From an uncultured Collinsella sp. (GTDB lineage: Bacteria; Actinomycetota; Coriobacteriia; Coriobacteriales; Coriobacteriaceae): a stretch of DNA of 64,000 nt. The stretch is from assembly GCA_959596505.1 (NCBI GenBank), contig CAUFWM010000001.1:11113-75112 (forward strand). The letters are read 5' to 3'. Shown piece after piece: positions 9,918 through 18,902 of the stretch. Every line of letters starts with the position of its first letter. Position 1 is the first letter of the stretch. The translations under genes were made by a program, and so were the position numbers. The notes beneath the pieces were generated by a model. The model was not told the origin of the DNA and did no database searches. It saw only the letters and a program-made list of their open reading frames with translations.

Positions 9918-10475
9918 CTAGCTCATCATCGCATTCATCATCTCGGTGGTTGCGGAATCGTCGGCAGACCACTCGTTATCCTCGTTGGCGGAATATTTAA
10001 AGGTGACCTTGGTGTCCTTGGTCTTAGCGGCCTTGGTCACGTCGACCATGACCTGGCCGGCCATCTTGTACAGGTCATCCTCGGAAGGCATCGTATCGAG
10101 TGCGGTGACCTTCTCCTGATACTGGGTGGCGAAATCTTCGACGATCTTATTCATGGACTTGCAGGTGATGGTAACCTCGGCGGTCGCAGTGCCCTTGTCC
10201 TCATCGACCGTCACATCGCCGATCTTGTAATCAAAGCCCTCGAGATAGCTCTTGGCGTACTCCTTGGGATCGATGCCCAGTTGCTCAAACTCGTCGCCCG
10301 AAGCCTCTTCCAGACCGGAGAGGAAATCATCGCCGCCGTTCTTGATCTCGTCAAACTGGCTCGTAAGGTCGTTGGTGATGAGCTCTTCCACCGAAGGCCC
10401 TCCGCAGCCGGAAAGCAAAACCACGCACGCGACCAGGGCAGCCATCAGGGGCGCAAGCAGCAGCTTCTTTTTCAT
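9918..10475 (-). CDS. Lipoprotein of unknown function
   Basis: MKKK, hydrophobic stretch and LSGC lipobox; GGAGG RBS. Confidence 0.85.
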   Translation of the reverse strand: MKKKLLLAPLMAALVACVVLLSGCGGPSVEELITNDLTSQFDEIKNGGDDFLSGLEEASGDEFEQLGIDPKEYAKSYLEGFDYKIGDVTVDEDKGTATAEVTITCKSMNKIVEDFATQYQEKVTALDTMPSEDDLYKMAGQVMVDVTKAAKTKDTKVTFKYSANEDNEWSADDSATTEMMNAMMS

Positions 10476-10652
10476 GACATTCCTCCAAACAAGCGGCGCC
10501 GCGTTCCCTGCGCAGCGCACGTCGTAACAGCAAGTCCATATTAGCGGCCCGGCCCAACCCCCTGCGTCGCAAAAGCGCAGGCGGCTCAATTTGACGAACG
10601 AATGGCCCGTAAAGCAAGCCCCTTGCAATAAAATGCACCTGTTTAGCCTATT

Positions 10653-10685
10653 AAAAAAGGGTGGCCGGACAACCCGACCACCCTT
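10653..10685 (-). terminator. Terminator after the PTS IIA gene
   Basis: GC-rich hairpin followed by T6 on the minus strand. Confidence 0.7.
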
Positions 10686-10708
10686 GCACATCCTTATGTT
10701 GCCGCAGA

Positions 10709-11245
10709 CTACTTGCGGACGACCCTAACGATGGCGTCACCGGCGGCGACGGCAGACTCGGCCTCGACGGCGAGCTCGACGTCAGCGAACTCGGCGGTGT
10801 TGGACACGGCCACGACGACGCAGTCCTTGTAACCGGCGGCAGCGATCTTGGCGCGGTCGATCTTGAGTATGGGCTGACCAGCTTTGACAACGTCGTCGGC
10901 CTTGACGAAGCCCTCGAAGCCATCACCGTTCATGTTGACGGTATCGACGCCAACGTGCACCAGAACCTCGATGCCGCTATCGGACTGCAGGCCCACGGCG
11001 TGACCCATGGTGACGGTCACCTTGCCGTCGCAGGGAGCGTAGACCAGGTCGTCCTCGGGCCACACAGCGCAACCCTTGCCCAGAACCTCGCCACCAAAGA
11101 CGGGATCGGGCACGTCGGCCATCTTGATGACCTTGCCCTTGACAGGCGAGCACAGCACGTCGGCGCCAGCAGAAGCAGAGATGGAGGCCGGAGCAGCAGC
11201 TGCCGCGGGCTCAGCCTTCTTCTTAAACATGTCAAACAGACCCAT
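10709..11245 (-). CDS. crr: Standalone PTS glucose-family EIIA component
   Basis: MGLFD N-terminus, VPDPVF, GHAVGL and VLVHVGVDTV phospho-His motif. Confidence 0.9.
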   Translation of the reverse strand: MGLFDMFKKKAEPAAAAAPASISASAGADVLCSPVKGKVIKMADVPDPVFGGEVLGKGCAVWPEDDLVYAPCDGKVTVTMGHAVGLQSDSGIEVLVHVGVDTVNMNGDGFEGFVKADDVVKAGQPILKIDRAKIAAAGYKDCVVVAVSNTAEFADVELAVEAESAVAAGDAIVRVVRK

Positions 11246-11448
11246 ATGTTTTCTCCTCTTGATTAAGCGCAACGTTATGCGCATGCCTATGGTGATTATA
11301 GTGCCAAATGATCAAATTGCTAAGGTGAGGGCTCGAATCGCAAGCCCTTCCCGGCAGTGCTCGTGGGATGAGTATCTCCTTTGCATCGCGGGTCGATAAG
11401 CTGAGTATCGCCTGCGCACGGGACGGGCAGAAGCGGGCACGCCAAACC

Positions 11449-11508
11449 CGACACTTCTTTTCGCGCCCACAGACCGCCGCCGCCCCGCCCCTGACACTTC
11501 CTGATACC
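11449..11508 (-). promoter_or_regulatory. Two-box operator module (GACACTT x2), also found upstream of bglA
   Basis: 17-bp identity CGACACTTCTTTTCGCG with 24677-24693, and a second box at the same spacing. Confidence 0.7.
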
Positions 11509-11518
11509 GACCGAAACG

Positions 11519-11547
11519 TACCAAAATAAACCTGTCCCTTTTTGGCA
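11519..11547. repeat. GGGACAGG-loop hairpin, family C
   Basis: Minus strand TGCCAAAA-AGGGACAGGTTTA-TTTTGGTA; same loop motif as 24743-24787. Confidence 0.55.
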
Positions 11548-11571
11548 GGTTTGCCGAGTGTGGGAGTTCGG

Positions 11572-12426
11572 ATGGATATCAAACGCAAGATCACCGAGGC
11601 GCAGGGCCTCACCCCCACCGAGCAACAGCTCGGCATCTCGGCCCTTGCCATGGGCGAGGACATCCGCGGGCTTTCCATTAAGGAATTTGCCGCACGCACC
11701 AACGTTTCGGTCGCGAGCGTGCACCGTTTTTGCAAAAAGCTCGGCCTCGAGGGCTTTAAGGACCTCAAGGTCGAGCTCATCCGCCTGGCAACCGAGGCGG
11801 GAAACCGGCGAGACGTGGACATCAACTTTCCCTTCGACGCTACGTCCACCCCTGCGCAGGTTATGGAGCGCATGGAAGGGCTCTACCAGACCACGCTGGC
11901 CGAAACGCAGGAACTACTCGACCCCACGCAGCTTGACCACGCCGCCAAGCTCATCGCAAACGCCCGACAGGTCGACATCTACACGGGCTCGCACAACCTC
12001 TATCCAGCAGGAATGTTCCGCGACCGCCTGCTCTCCGCCGGCAAAAGCGCAACGTGCCACGACGGCGCTGAGGCCCAGGCGCGTACGGCGCCCGCCTCGG
12101 GTCCCGACCATGCGGCAATCGTCATCTCCTACAGCGGCCTTGCCCCCAACCTCAAGGACATCTTGCCGATTCTCAGCAGCCGGCATGTCCCGGTCATCGT
12201 CATCGGCACGCCTTATTGCGCTCGCATTCACCCTGGCTTTGCCGCCTACCTCACGGTGAGTGACCACGAGAGTATGACGCATCGCATCACGCAGTTCGCC
12301 AGCCACATCGCCGTGCAATACGTGCTCGATTCGCTCTACAGCAGCTACTTCGCCAAAGACTACGCCCGCTGCTCCGAATTCCTGGAGCGCTCGTTTCCCT
12401 ACACCCGTCTGCCCGGGCTCAAGTAG
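11572..12426 (+). CDS. MurR/RpiR-family transcriptional regulator
   Basis: HTH motif SVASVHRFCKKLGLEGFKDLK plus SIS domain (ISYSG). Confidence 0.93.
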   Translation: MDIKRKITEAQGLTPTEQQLGISALAMGEDIRGLSIKEFAARTNVSVASVHRFCKKLGLEGFKDLKVELIRLATEAGNRRDVDINFPFDATSTPAQVMERMEGLYQTTLAETQELLDPTQLDHAAKLIANARQVDIYTGSHNLYPAGMFRDRLLSAGKSATCHDGAEAQARTAPASGPDHAAIVISYSGLAPNLKDILPILSSRHVPVIVIGTPYCARIHPGFAAYLTVSDHESMTHRITQFASHIAVQYVLDSLYSSYFAKDYARCSEFLERSFPYTRLPGLK

Positions 12427-12459
12427 CGACGAGCGCGGATTTTCGGACGCTTATCTAAC

Positions 12460-12523
12460 GAGCGTGGATAATCTCCCACTTTGGGCCCGCACACAGACCA
12501 AAACCGGGAGATTATCCACGCTC
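12460..12523. repeat. Perfect 18-bp inverted repeat with a 28-nt spacer
   Basis: GAGCGTGGATAATCTCCC / GGGAGATTATCCACGCTC between convergent genes. Confidence 0.8.
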
Positions 12524-12532
12524 ATTTCTGAC

Positions 12533-12561
12533 TAGTCATTGGGGATGTTTTGGCAACGACA
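12533..12561. repeat. Degenerate GGGGAC-loop hairpin, family A
   Basis: TAGTCATTGGGGATGTT matches the family A left arm and loop. Confidence 0.55.
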
Positions 12562-12590
12562 GCGCGCGGGGCGCATCCGGAGCAAGACGA

Positions 12591-12756
12591 CGCCGCAGGT
12601 AGAGGACGGACAGCGAGCGGGCCGCATTTGAGACAAGGTGACGTGAAACGAAAGGGCGCTGACCTTCTGGTCGCGCCCTTGAAGTTGAACGTCAGATTGT
12701 CCAAATGCGGCCCGCGCAGCGTCGGCCGGTTACGGCGTTTGGTAAAACGCCGTAAC
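12591..12756. repeat. 166-bp structured palindromic element, copy 2
   Basis: Homologous to 9734-9899; abuts the pyrE stop codon. Confidence 0.85.
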
Positions 12757-13437
12757 CTACTTAACTCCGTACTGCTCGTAGTAGGCGTCGATAGCGGCCT
12801 TGAGCTCGTCATCGATGACGACCTTGCCGTCGATCTCGTGGTTGTAGAGGGTCTCGACGACCTCGGCCATGGAGACGATGCTCGCGACGGGGAAACCGTA
12901 CTTGGCCTCGATCTCCTTCTGCGCGGTGGTCACGCCGCCCTTGCCGACCTCCATGCGGTTGAGGGACACGATCAGGCCCTTGATCTCGACATCGGCAGCA
13001 GCCTTGACCTTGGGATAGGTCTCATCGATGGACTTACCGCTGGTGGTGACGTCCTCGACCATGACCACGCGGTCGCCGTCCTGGGGCTCATAACCCAGCA
13101 GGTTGCCCTTGTCGGCACCGTGGTCCTTGGCCTCCTTGCGGTCGCAGCAGTACTTGACCTCCTTGCCGTACAGCTCGTGGTAGGCAATTGCGGTCACGAC
13201 GGCCAGCGGAATACCCTTGTAGGCCGGTCCAAACAGCACATCAAAGTCGTCGCCAAAGTTATCGTGGATGGCCTGGGCGTAATACTCGCCCAGCTTCTTG
13301 AGCTGATAGCCCGTCACGTAGGCGCCGGCATTCATAAAGAACGGAGACTGACGACCGCTCTTGAGCGTAAAGCTGCCGAACTTAAGGACGTCGGACTCAA
13401 CCATAAACTTGATGAACTCTTGCTTGTAAGCCTCCAT
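12757..13437 (-). CDS. pyrE: Orotate phosphoribosyltransferase
   Basis: FTLKSGRQSPFF, FGPAYKGIP, RKEAKDHG and the PRPP motif VEDVTTSG. Confidence 0.96.
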   Translation of the reverse strand: MEAYKQEFIKFMVESDVLKFGSFTLKSGRQSPFFMNAGAYVTGYQLKKLGEYYAQAIHDNFGDDFDVLFGPAYKGIPLAVVTAIAYHELYGKEVKYCCDRKEAKDHGADKGNLLGYEPQDGDRVVMVEDVTTSGKSIDETYPKVKAAADVEIKGLIVSLNRMEVGKGGVTTAQKEIEAKYGFPVASIVSMAEVVETLYNHEIDGKVVIDDELKAAIDAYYEQYGVK

Positions 13438-13549
13438 GCGGGCTCCTCTCGTAATCGCGTACGTGCCTTCCAGTTTAGCGCAGGCAGGGCGTCGATGTGG
13501 GCGGTTCACGCCGGCCTTTATCTTTTTCGACTGCCTCGTTTGGGTCTCG

Positions 13550-14266
13550 CTACACCAGGCGCATGGCCTCCTGGACAGCACCGTAAAGGTTGGCGTCGTT
13601 GCCGAGCTCTGCCGCCTTTATCTGCGGCACAGGAATGCCGGCAAGGGTCCCTACGTAGCTCGCGAGGGCCAGCGGCATCTGCGCACGCAGGGCATCGATG
13701 AGCTCGGGATGGCACGAGATGCCGCCTGCGATCACAAAGACCTCGGGGTCGAGCACGGCCTGCAGGTTGATGAGCTGTCCGTCAAAGGCGCGAGCGTAGC
13801 GGTAGAACGCGCGCTACACCGCCTTGTCGCCATCCGCGATCCACTCAAAGACGCGGCGGCCGTCCACCGGAAAACCCTCAGGCAGGCCCTTCTCGGCAAC
13901 GACGGCATCACGGAGCGCACGCCAACCGCCCGAACCCGCAAAGGAGTTTTCCGTGCCCGCGGCAGTTGTGACATCGTTGCGCAAGAAGCTGAACTCGCCT
14001 GCAAAGCAGTGCGCGCCGCGCAGGACCTTGCCGTCGATGACGATGCCGCCGCCGATACCCGTGCCAATAGCGAGCACCACGCCAAAACGCGTCCCGCGCA
14101 GGGCGCCAGCCGCATACTCACCGAGCGCACAGCACTTACCGTCGTTATTGACGGCAACCGGCACCCCAGTGCCTCACGCATGAGCTTTCCCAGCGGGCAG
14201 CCGTCCATAAACGTGAGCGCACCGCCGCGATGGATCGTTCCCGTGACGTCTCCCTCGTAGAGACCA
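13550..14266 (-). pseudogene. ROK-family sugar kinase pseudogene
   Basis: NNDGKC, IGTGIGGG, AGEF and LGNDANLYGA motifs are split by a 1-nt frameshift in a G-run (~14165) and an in-frame TAG (13814-13816). The N-terminus is missing. Confidence 0.88.
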
Positions 14267-14267
14267 C

Positions 14268-14293
14268 TCGTTTAAGTACGTCCCCAATGACTA
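14268..14293. repeat. GGGGAC-loop hairpin, family A (reverse orientation)
   Basis: Reverse complement reads TAGTCATTGGGGACGTACTTAAACGA. Confidence 0.75.
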
Positions 14294-14414
14294 GTCAAAA
14301 ATGGGCCATGTGTCCCAGTTGTGGAGACTCGTTGAGCCGTCTGGGTATCGTGAAAGATCGCGCGTTCGCCCATCATCAAAAGTGACACACGCTACCTGTT
14401 GATGGGAGGCAGCC

Positions 14415-15152
14415 ATGGGCTTCTTTGACAAGATGTTCGAGAAGAAAGAGTGCGCGATTTGCGGTACCGAGCTGGGGCTTTTGGGGAAGACCAAGATCAA
14501 CGAAGGCTACCTGTGCAAAGAGTGCGCCGGCAAGCTCTCCCCCTTCTTCCACGGCCATCGCTCCAGCACCGCGGACGATATCCGCGAGCAACTCGCCTAC
14601 CGCGAGGCCAATGCCGAACGCCTGGCGTCGTTCAACCCCACGCGCACGCTCTCTGCCGGGCGCACCAACATCATGCTCGACGAAGACGCGGGCCTGCTGA
14701 TCATCACTTCGCAGAGCCGCTGGCGCGACGCCAATCCCGACATCATCGAGTTCTCACAGGTACTCGGCTGCGATATGGATATCGACGAGCATCGCACCGA
14801 GATCTATCGCGAGACCAAGGACGGCGAGCGCGAGAGCTACAACCCGCCGCGCTACGACCTGGATTACGACTTCAATCTGACCATCCATGTCAACACGCCG
14901 TACTTTACCGAGATCAACCTACGCGTGAACGACTCCACCATCGATCAGCGCGGTTCCATCGAATACCGCGAGGCCAAGCGCCAGGCAACCGAGGTCCGCG
15001 ACGCGCTGGTGCAGCTGCGCCAGGAGACGCGCGACAGCGTCGTGGCCGCTAAGGCCCCCAAGACCGCGGTCACCTGCCCCTTCTGCGGTGCAACCACCAT
15101 TCCCGATGCCAGCGGGCGCTGCGAATACTGCGGCGGCGCCATCGGCGCATAA
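14415..15152 (+). CDS. DUF4428-like protein with N- and C-terminal zinc ribbons
   Basis: CAICG...CKEC at the N-terminus and CPFCG...CEYCG at the C-terminus; GGAGG RBS. Confidence 0.8.
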   Translation: MGFFDKMFEKKECAICGTELGLLGKTKINEGYLCKECAGKLSPFFHGHRSSTADDIREQLAYREANAERLASFNPTRTLSAGRTNIMLDEDAGLLIITSQSRWRDANPDIIEFSQVLGCDMDIDEHRTEIYRETKDGERESYNPPRYDLDYDFNLTIHVNTPYFTEINLRVNDSTIDQRGSIEYREAKRQATEVRDALVQLRQETRDSVVAAKAPKTAVTCPFCGATTIPDASGRCEYCGGAIGA

Positions 15153-15176
15153 TCTCCGGCACGGAAAGGACCGATT

Positions 15177-16499
15177 ATGGCCTTCGAGAGCGTCAACTAT
15201 CAGTGCCCCGCGTGTGGCGGCCCCCTTCACTTTGCCAGTGCCGAGCAAAAGCTCGTCTGCGACTACTGCGATTCGCGTTTTGAAGTCGAAGAAGTCGAGG
15301 CCCTCTATCGCGAGCGCCAGGACAAGGCCGATGCCAAAGCCGATGCCGCAGCCGCGGCCCCCAAGCCTGCTGTCGACGATGCCGTGCAGGAGCTGGCTCA
15401 AAACGCCGGCTACATCTGCTCGTCGTGCGGTGCCGAGCTGGTCTCGGACGGCACCGTCGCCGTTACCACCTGCCCATACTGCGGCAACTCCGCCGTGGCA
15501 CCCGGCCAGCTCTCGGGCGACTTCTCACCCGACCTGGTGATCCCATTTAAGCTCGGGCGCGACGATGTCATGGCCGCGCTCAAAGACCACTACAAGGGCA
15601 AAATCCTACTGCCCAAGAGCTTTGTCACCGGCAACCATATCGACGAAGTCCAAGGCGTTTACGTGCCGTTTTGGCTTTACGGCGCCCGCGTGGACGGCGA
15701 GGTGTGCTTTGATGCGACCAACGAGACCGTAACCGAGGAATCCGACCGCACCGTCACGACCACCGACCACTACGATGCCTACCGCAAGGGAAATATCTCG
15801 TTTGAGCGCGTGCCCGTCGACGGATCGTCCAAGATGCCCGACGGCCACATGGACGCCATCGAGCCGTTTGACTACGACGCGCTGCGCCCGTTCTCGGTCG
15901 CCTATATGCCCGGCTACATCGCCAACCGCTATGACGAGGATTGCGAAACCTGCAAGGCGCGCGCCGAGCGCCGCATGGAGGAGAGCACGATCTCGGCCCT
16001 GCGCGAGACCGTCGTCGACGAGTACGACGACGCCACGGTCGAAAGCAAGCAGCTCGACTACACCTGGGAAGAAAACGATTATGCTCTGTTCCCCGTGTGG
16101 ATGCTCTCTACCTCGTGGAACGGCAAGAGTTACCTGTTTGCCATGAACGGCCAAACCGGCCGCATGGTCGGCGAGCTTCCCTGCTCCAAGCCCAAGCTCG
16201 CTGTCGCCTCGGTGCTGTTCTTTGCGATCGGATTTGTCCTTTCCCAGATTCTCTTTATGGGGGAGAACGCCTTCGATCCGGACTACCTCGCCTTTGATGT
16301 CGAGGGTATCCTCATCAACATCGTCGCGCCGCTGATCATCGTGATCATCGCAGACGTGCTGCTGGTGGGCCAGCTCAAGACGGCCAACGAGGCCACCCAC
16401 GCCGATTGCTACTGCGGCGAGCTCGACCTGACCGAGAAGCACGACACCTTCAGCCACACCGAGACCACCGTTGTCATGAAGGGCAACAAGGACGATTAG
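15177..16499 (+). CDS. Zinc-ribbon membrane protein (YdjG-like)
   Basis: Four CxxC pairs, GVYVPFW, NGQTG and two C-terminal TM segments. Confidence 0.8.
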   Translation: MAFESVNYQCPACGGPLHFASAEQKLVCDYCDSRFEVEEVEALYRERQDKADAKADAAAAAPKPAVDDAVQELAQNAGYICSSCGAELVSDGTVAVTTCPYCGNSAVAPGQLSGDFSPDLVIPFKLGRDDVMAALKDHYKGKILLPKSFVTGNHIDEVQGVYVPFWLYGARVDGEVCFDATNETVTEESDRTVTTTDHYDAYRKGNISFERVPVDGSSKMPDGHMDAIEPFDYDALRPFSVAYMPGYIANRYDEDCETCKARAERRMEESTISALRETVVDEYDDATVESKQLDYTWEENDYALFPVWMLSTSWNGKSYLFAMNGQTGRMVGELPCSKPKLAVASVLFFAIGFVLSQILFMGENAFDPDYLAFDVEGILINIVAPLIIVIIADVLLVGQLKTANEATHADCYCGELDLTEKHDTFSHTETTVVMKGNKDD

Positions 16500-16547
16500 C
16501 CATTCTGACCAATACCACCCGGCCTTTGACGAGAAAGGAAGATCACC

Positions 16548-17789
16548 ATGGGACTCTTGAAAGCTGGATTGGGCGCTGCCGGCGGCGTCATGGCCGACCA
16601 GTGGAAGGAATTTATCTATTGCGAATCGATGCCCGCTGACGTCTTGGCCTGCAAGGGCAGCAAGCGCACCGGCGGCCGCAGCTCCAACACGCGCGGCGAG
16701 GACAACGTCATCTCCAACGGCTCCGTCATCGCCGTCAACGACGGCCAGGGCATGCTCGTGGTGCAAAACGGCAAAATCATCGAGGTTGCGCTGGAGCCTG
16801 GCGAGTTCGTCTTCGACACCGGCAGCGAGCCGAGCGTCTTTAGCGGCAACCTGGGCGACTCCATCAAGGAGACGTTCGCCAATATCGGCAGCCGCTTTAC
16901 CTTTGGCGGCGACGCAGGCAAGGACCAGCGCGTCTACTTCATCAACACCAAGGAGATCATCGGTAACAAGTACGGCACCGCCTCGCCCGTGCCTTTCCGC
17001 GTGGTCGATAACAACATTGGCCTGGACGTCGACATCTCCGTTCGCTGCAACGGCGAGTATTCGTACCGCATCACCAACCCGCTGCTGTTCTACACCAACG
17101 TGTGCGGCAACGTGACCGATAGCTACACGCGCGATAAGATCGACAGCCAGCTTAAGTCCGAGCTGCTCACCGCCCTGCAGCCCGCCTTTGCCAAGATCTC
17201 GGAAATGGGCATTCGCTACAGCGCCATCCCCGGTCACACCACCGAGCTCGCCCGCGCGCTCAACGAGGTCCTCTCGGCCGACTGGCGCGACCTGCGCGGT
17301 GTCGAGATCGTGAGCTTTGGCGTCAACTCCATCGCCGCTTCGCAAGAAGACGAGCAGATGATCAAGGACCTGCAGAAGGCCGCGGTCATGCGCGATCCCA
17401 CCATGGCGGCCGCCAACATCGCCAGCGCCCAGAGCGATGCGATGCGCGCGGCAGCCGCCAACCCCAACGGCGCGATGGCCGGCTTTATGGGCATGGGCAT
17501 GGCAGGTGGCATGGGCGGCATGAATGCCAGTCAGCTGTTCGCCGCCGGCCAGGCACAGCAGCAGGCTGCCCCGCAGCCGTCTCCGGCTCCCGCCCCCGCA
17601 CCGGCACCCGCTGCCGCACCTGCGGCCGGCGCATGGACCTGCAGCTGCGGCGCCACCAACACCGGCAAGTTCTGCTCCGAGTGCGGCAGCCCCGCACCCA
17701 CCCCGGCACCGGCCAAGTGGTTCTGCCCCAACTGCGGTAGCGAAAACGGCGGCAAGTTCTGCAGCAACTGCGGAACACCCAGGCCCTAA
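16548..17789 (+). CDS. SPFH/band-7-like protein with a C-terminal double zinc ribbon (YdjI-like)
   Basis: EPGEF, QRVYFINTKE, KYGT, MGMGM linker and GKFCSECG repeats. Confidence 0.85.
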   Translation: MGLLKAGLGAAGGVMADQWKEFIYCESMPADVLACKGSKRTGGRSSNTRGEDNVISNGSVIAVNDGQGMLVVQNGKIIEVALEPGEFVFDTGSEPSVFSGNLGDSIKETFANIGSRFTFGGDAGKDQRVYFINTKEIIGNKYGTASPVPFRVVDNNIGLDVDISVRCNGEYSYRITNPLLFYTNVCGNVTDSYTRDKIDSQLKSELLTALQPAFAKISEMGIRYSAIPGHTTELARALNEVLSADWRDLRGVEIVSFGVNSIAASQEDEQMIKDLQKAAVMRDPTMAAANIASAQSDAMRAAAANPNGAMAGFMGMGMAGGMGGMNASQLFAAGQAQQQAAPQPSPAPAPAPAPAAAPAAGAWTCSCGATNTGKFCSECGSPAPTPAPAKWFCPNCGSENGGKFCSNCGTPRP

Positions 17790-17869
17790 CCCCTTTATCT
17801 GGTAATTGGCGGGGGTTCCGCCACCCCCGCATTTGCTTCTATGGGTTTCGTTCGATAAAGGAGGACACC

Positions 17870-18712
17870 ATGAAGACAACGTTCAAAAAGTCCGTACTCG
17901 CATTCCTGACATGCGTCCTGGCGCTCGCCTTTGCCCTGACGGGCTGCAGCGGCGGCGGCAAGGACCCCAAGGCCAACTTCGTCGGCAGCTGGCAGTACTC
18001 GGGTGGAACCTTGGACGGCGAAGAGCTCACCGATGAGTACATGGATATGCTCAAGGAGTGGGGCCTCAACTGTATCCTGATCCTCGACGAAGACGGCACG
18101 GGCGTCCTCGACATGTTCCTTGAGGTCGCCGACCTGAAATGGGAGGCCAAGGACACCACCACCGTAACGATTACCGCCGAAGATGAGTCGCACGACCTGA
18201 AGCTCAAGGACGACAAGCTCGTCCTCGAGGTGGAAGGCGACAAGCTTATCTTTACGAAGTCCGACAAGGATCTGTCCGGTACGGTGAAGAAGGATCGCGA
18301 GAACGCCGAGAAGGAAGAAGAGATCGATGAGGCCGTCGAAGACGACGACGTCCAGAGCATCGAAATCTCCCCCGCCGTCACCGTCGCCGATGACGACCTG
18401 TGCACCATCACCATCACCGAGAAGTTCAAGGACGACTGGGGCGACATCGGATTTGTCGTCAACATCACCAACAAGAGCGACAAGGACCTGACCTTCTACG
18501 CTCCTTCCGGCAAGACCAACGTCAACGGCACCATGAAGGAACCCTGGTTCTCGGCTCACCTGATGCCCGGCACCAACGCCACCGAGGAATTCACGTTCTC
18601 GAGCGGCGAGCTTGACAGCCTTGACGACCTCGTCAATACGACCATCGGCATCGACGCCTACCTGACCGATTCCTACGAGGACGTCGCCTCCTACAGCGCA
18701 ACCCTCGCGTAA
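17870..18712 (+). CDS. Acidic lipoprotein of unknown function
   Basis: Signal peptide with LTGC lipobox; AGGAGG RBS. Confidence 0.85.
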   Translation: MKTTFKKSVLAFLTCVLALAFALTGCSGGGKDPKANFVGSWQYSGGTLDGEELTDEYMDMLKEWGLNCILILDEDGTGVLDMFLEVADLKWEAKDTTTVTITAEDESHDLKLKDDKLVLEVEGDKLIFTKSDKDLSGTVKKDRENAEKEEEIDEAVEDDDVQSIEISPAVTVADDDLCTITITEKFKDDWGDIGFVVNITNKSDKDLTFYAPSGKTNVNGTMKEPWFSAHLMPGTNATEEFTFSSGELDSLDDLVNTTIGIDAYLTDSYEDVASYSATLA

Positions 18713-18761
18713 CGGCACGTAACATCAGCCGCGGATTGGCGGACACATCCGCGCACTTGCC

Positions 18762-18870
18762 AGGCGGGGCCGCAGGAGATAATCCTGCGGCCCCGCCGCT
18801 TTATGCCGACAGCACTGCCCATACAAGCAGGCCGCCCGCCGTTTTCTGATGCAAAACGGCGGGCGGCCTA
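18762..18870. terminator. Two GC-rich hairpins between convergent genes (probable terminators)
   Basis: GGCGGGGCCGCAGGA/TCCTGCGGCCCCGCC and AGGCCGCCCGCCGTTTT/AAAACGGCGGGCGGCCT. Confidence 0.6.
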
Positions 18871-18902
18871 TCTTTGGCGTTGGAGCATGGGCGGCGCACC
18901 GA

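Noticed and set aside
12460..12523. DnaA boxes / oriC (TTATCCACG in both arms)
   Set aside because: Only two 8/9 matches, both explained by the inverted repeat; no dnaA/dnaN and no AT-rich unwinding element.
9299..12812. Similar short ORFs containing RRFTKRRN (9299-9898 and 12522-12812)
   Set aside because: They are translations of the 166-bp palindromic repeat, have no RBS and overlap real genes.
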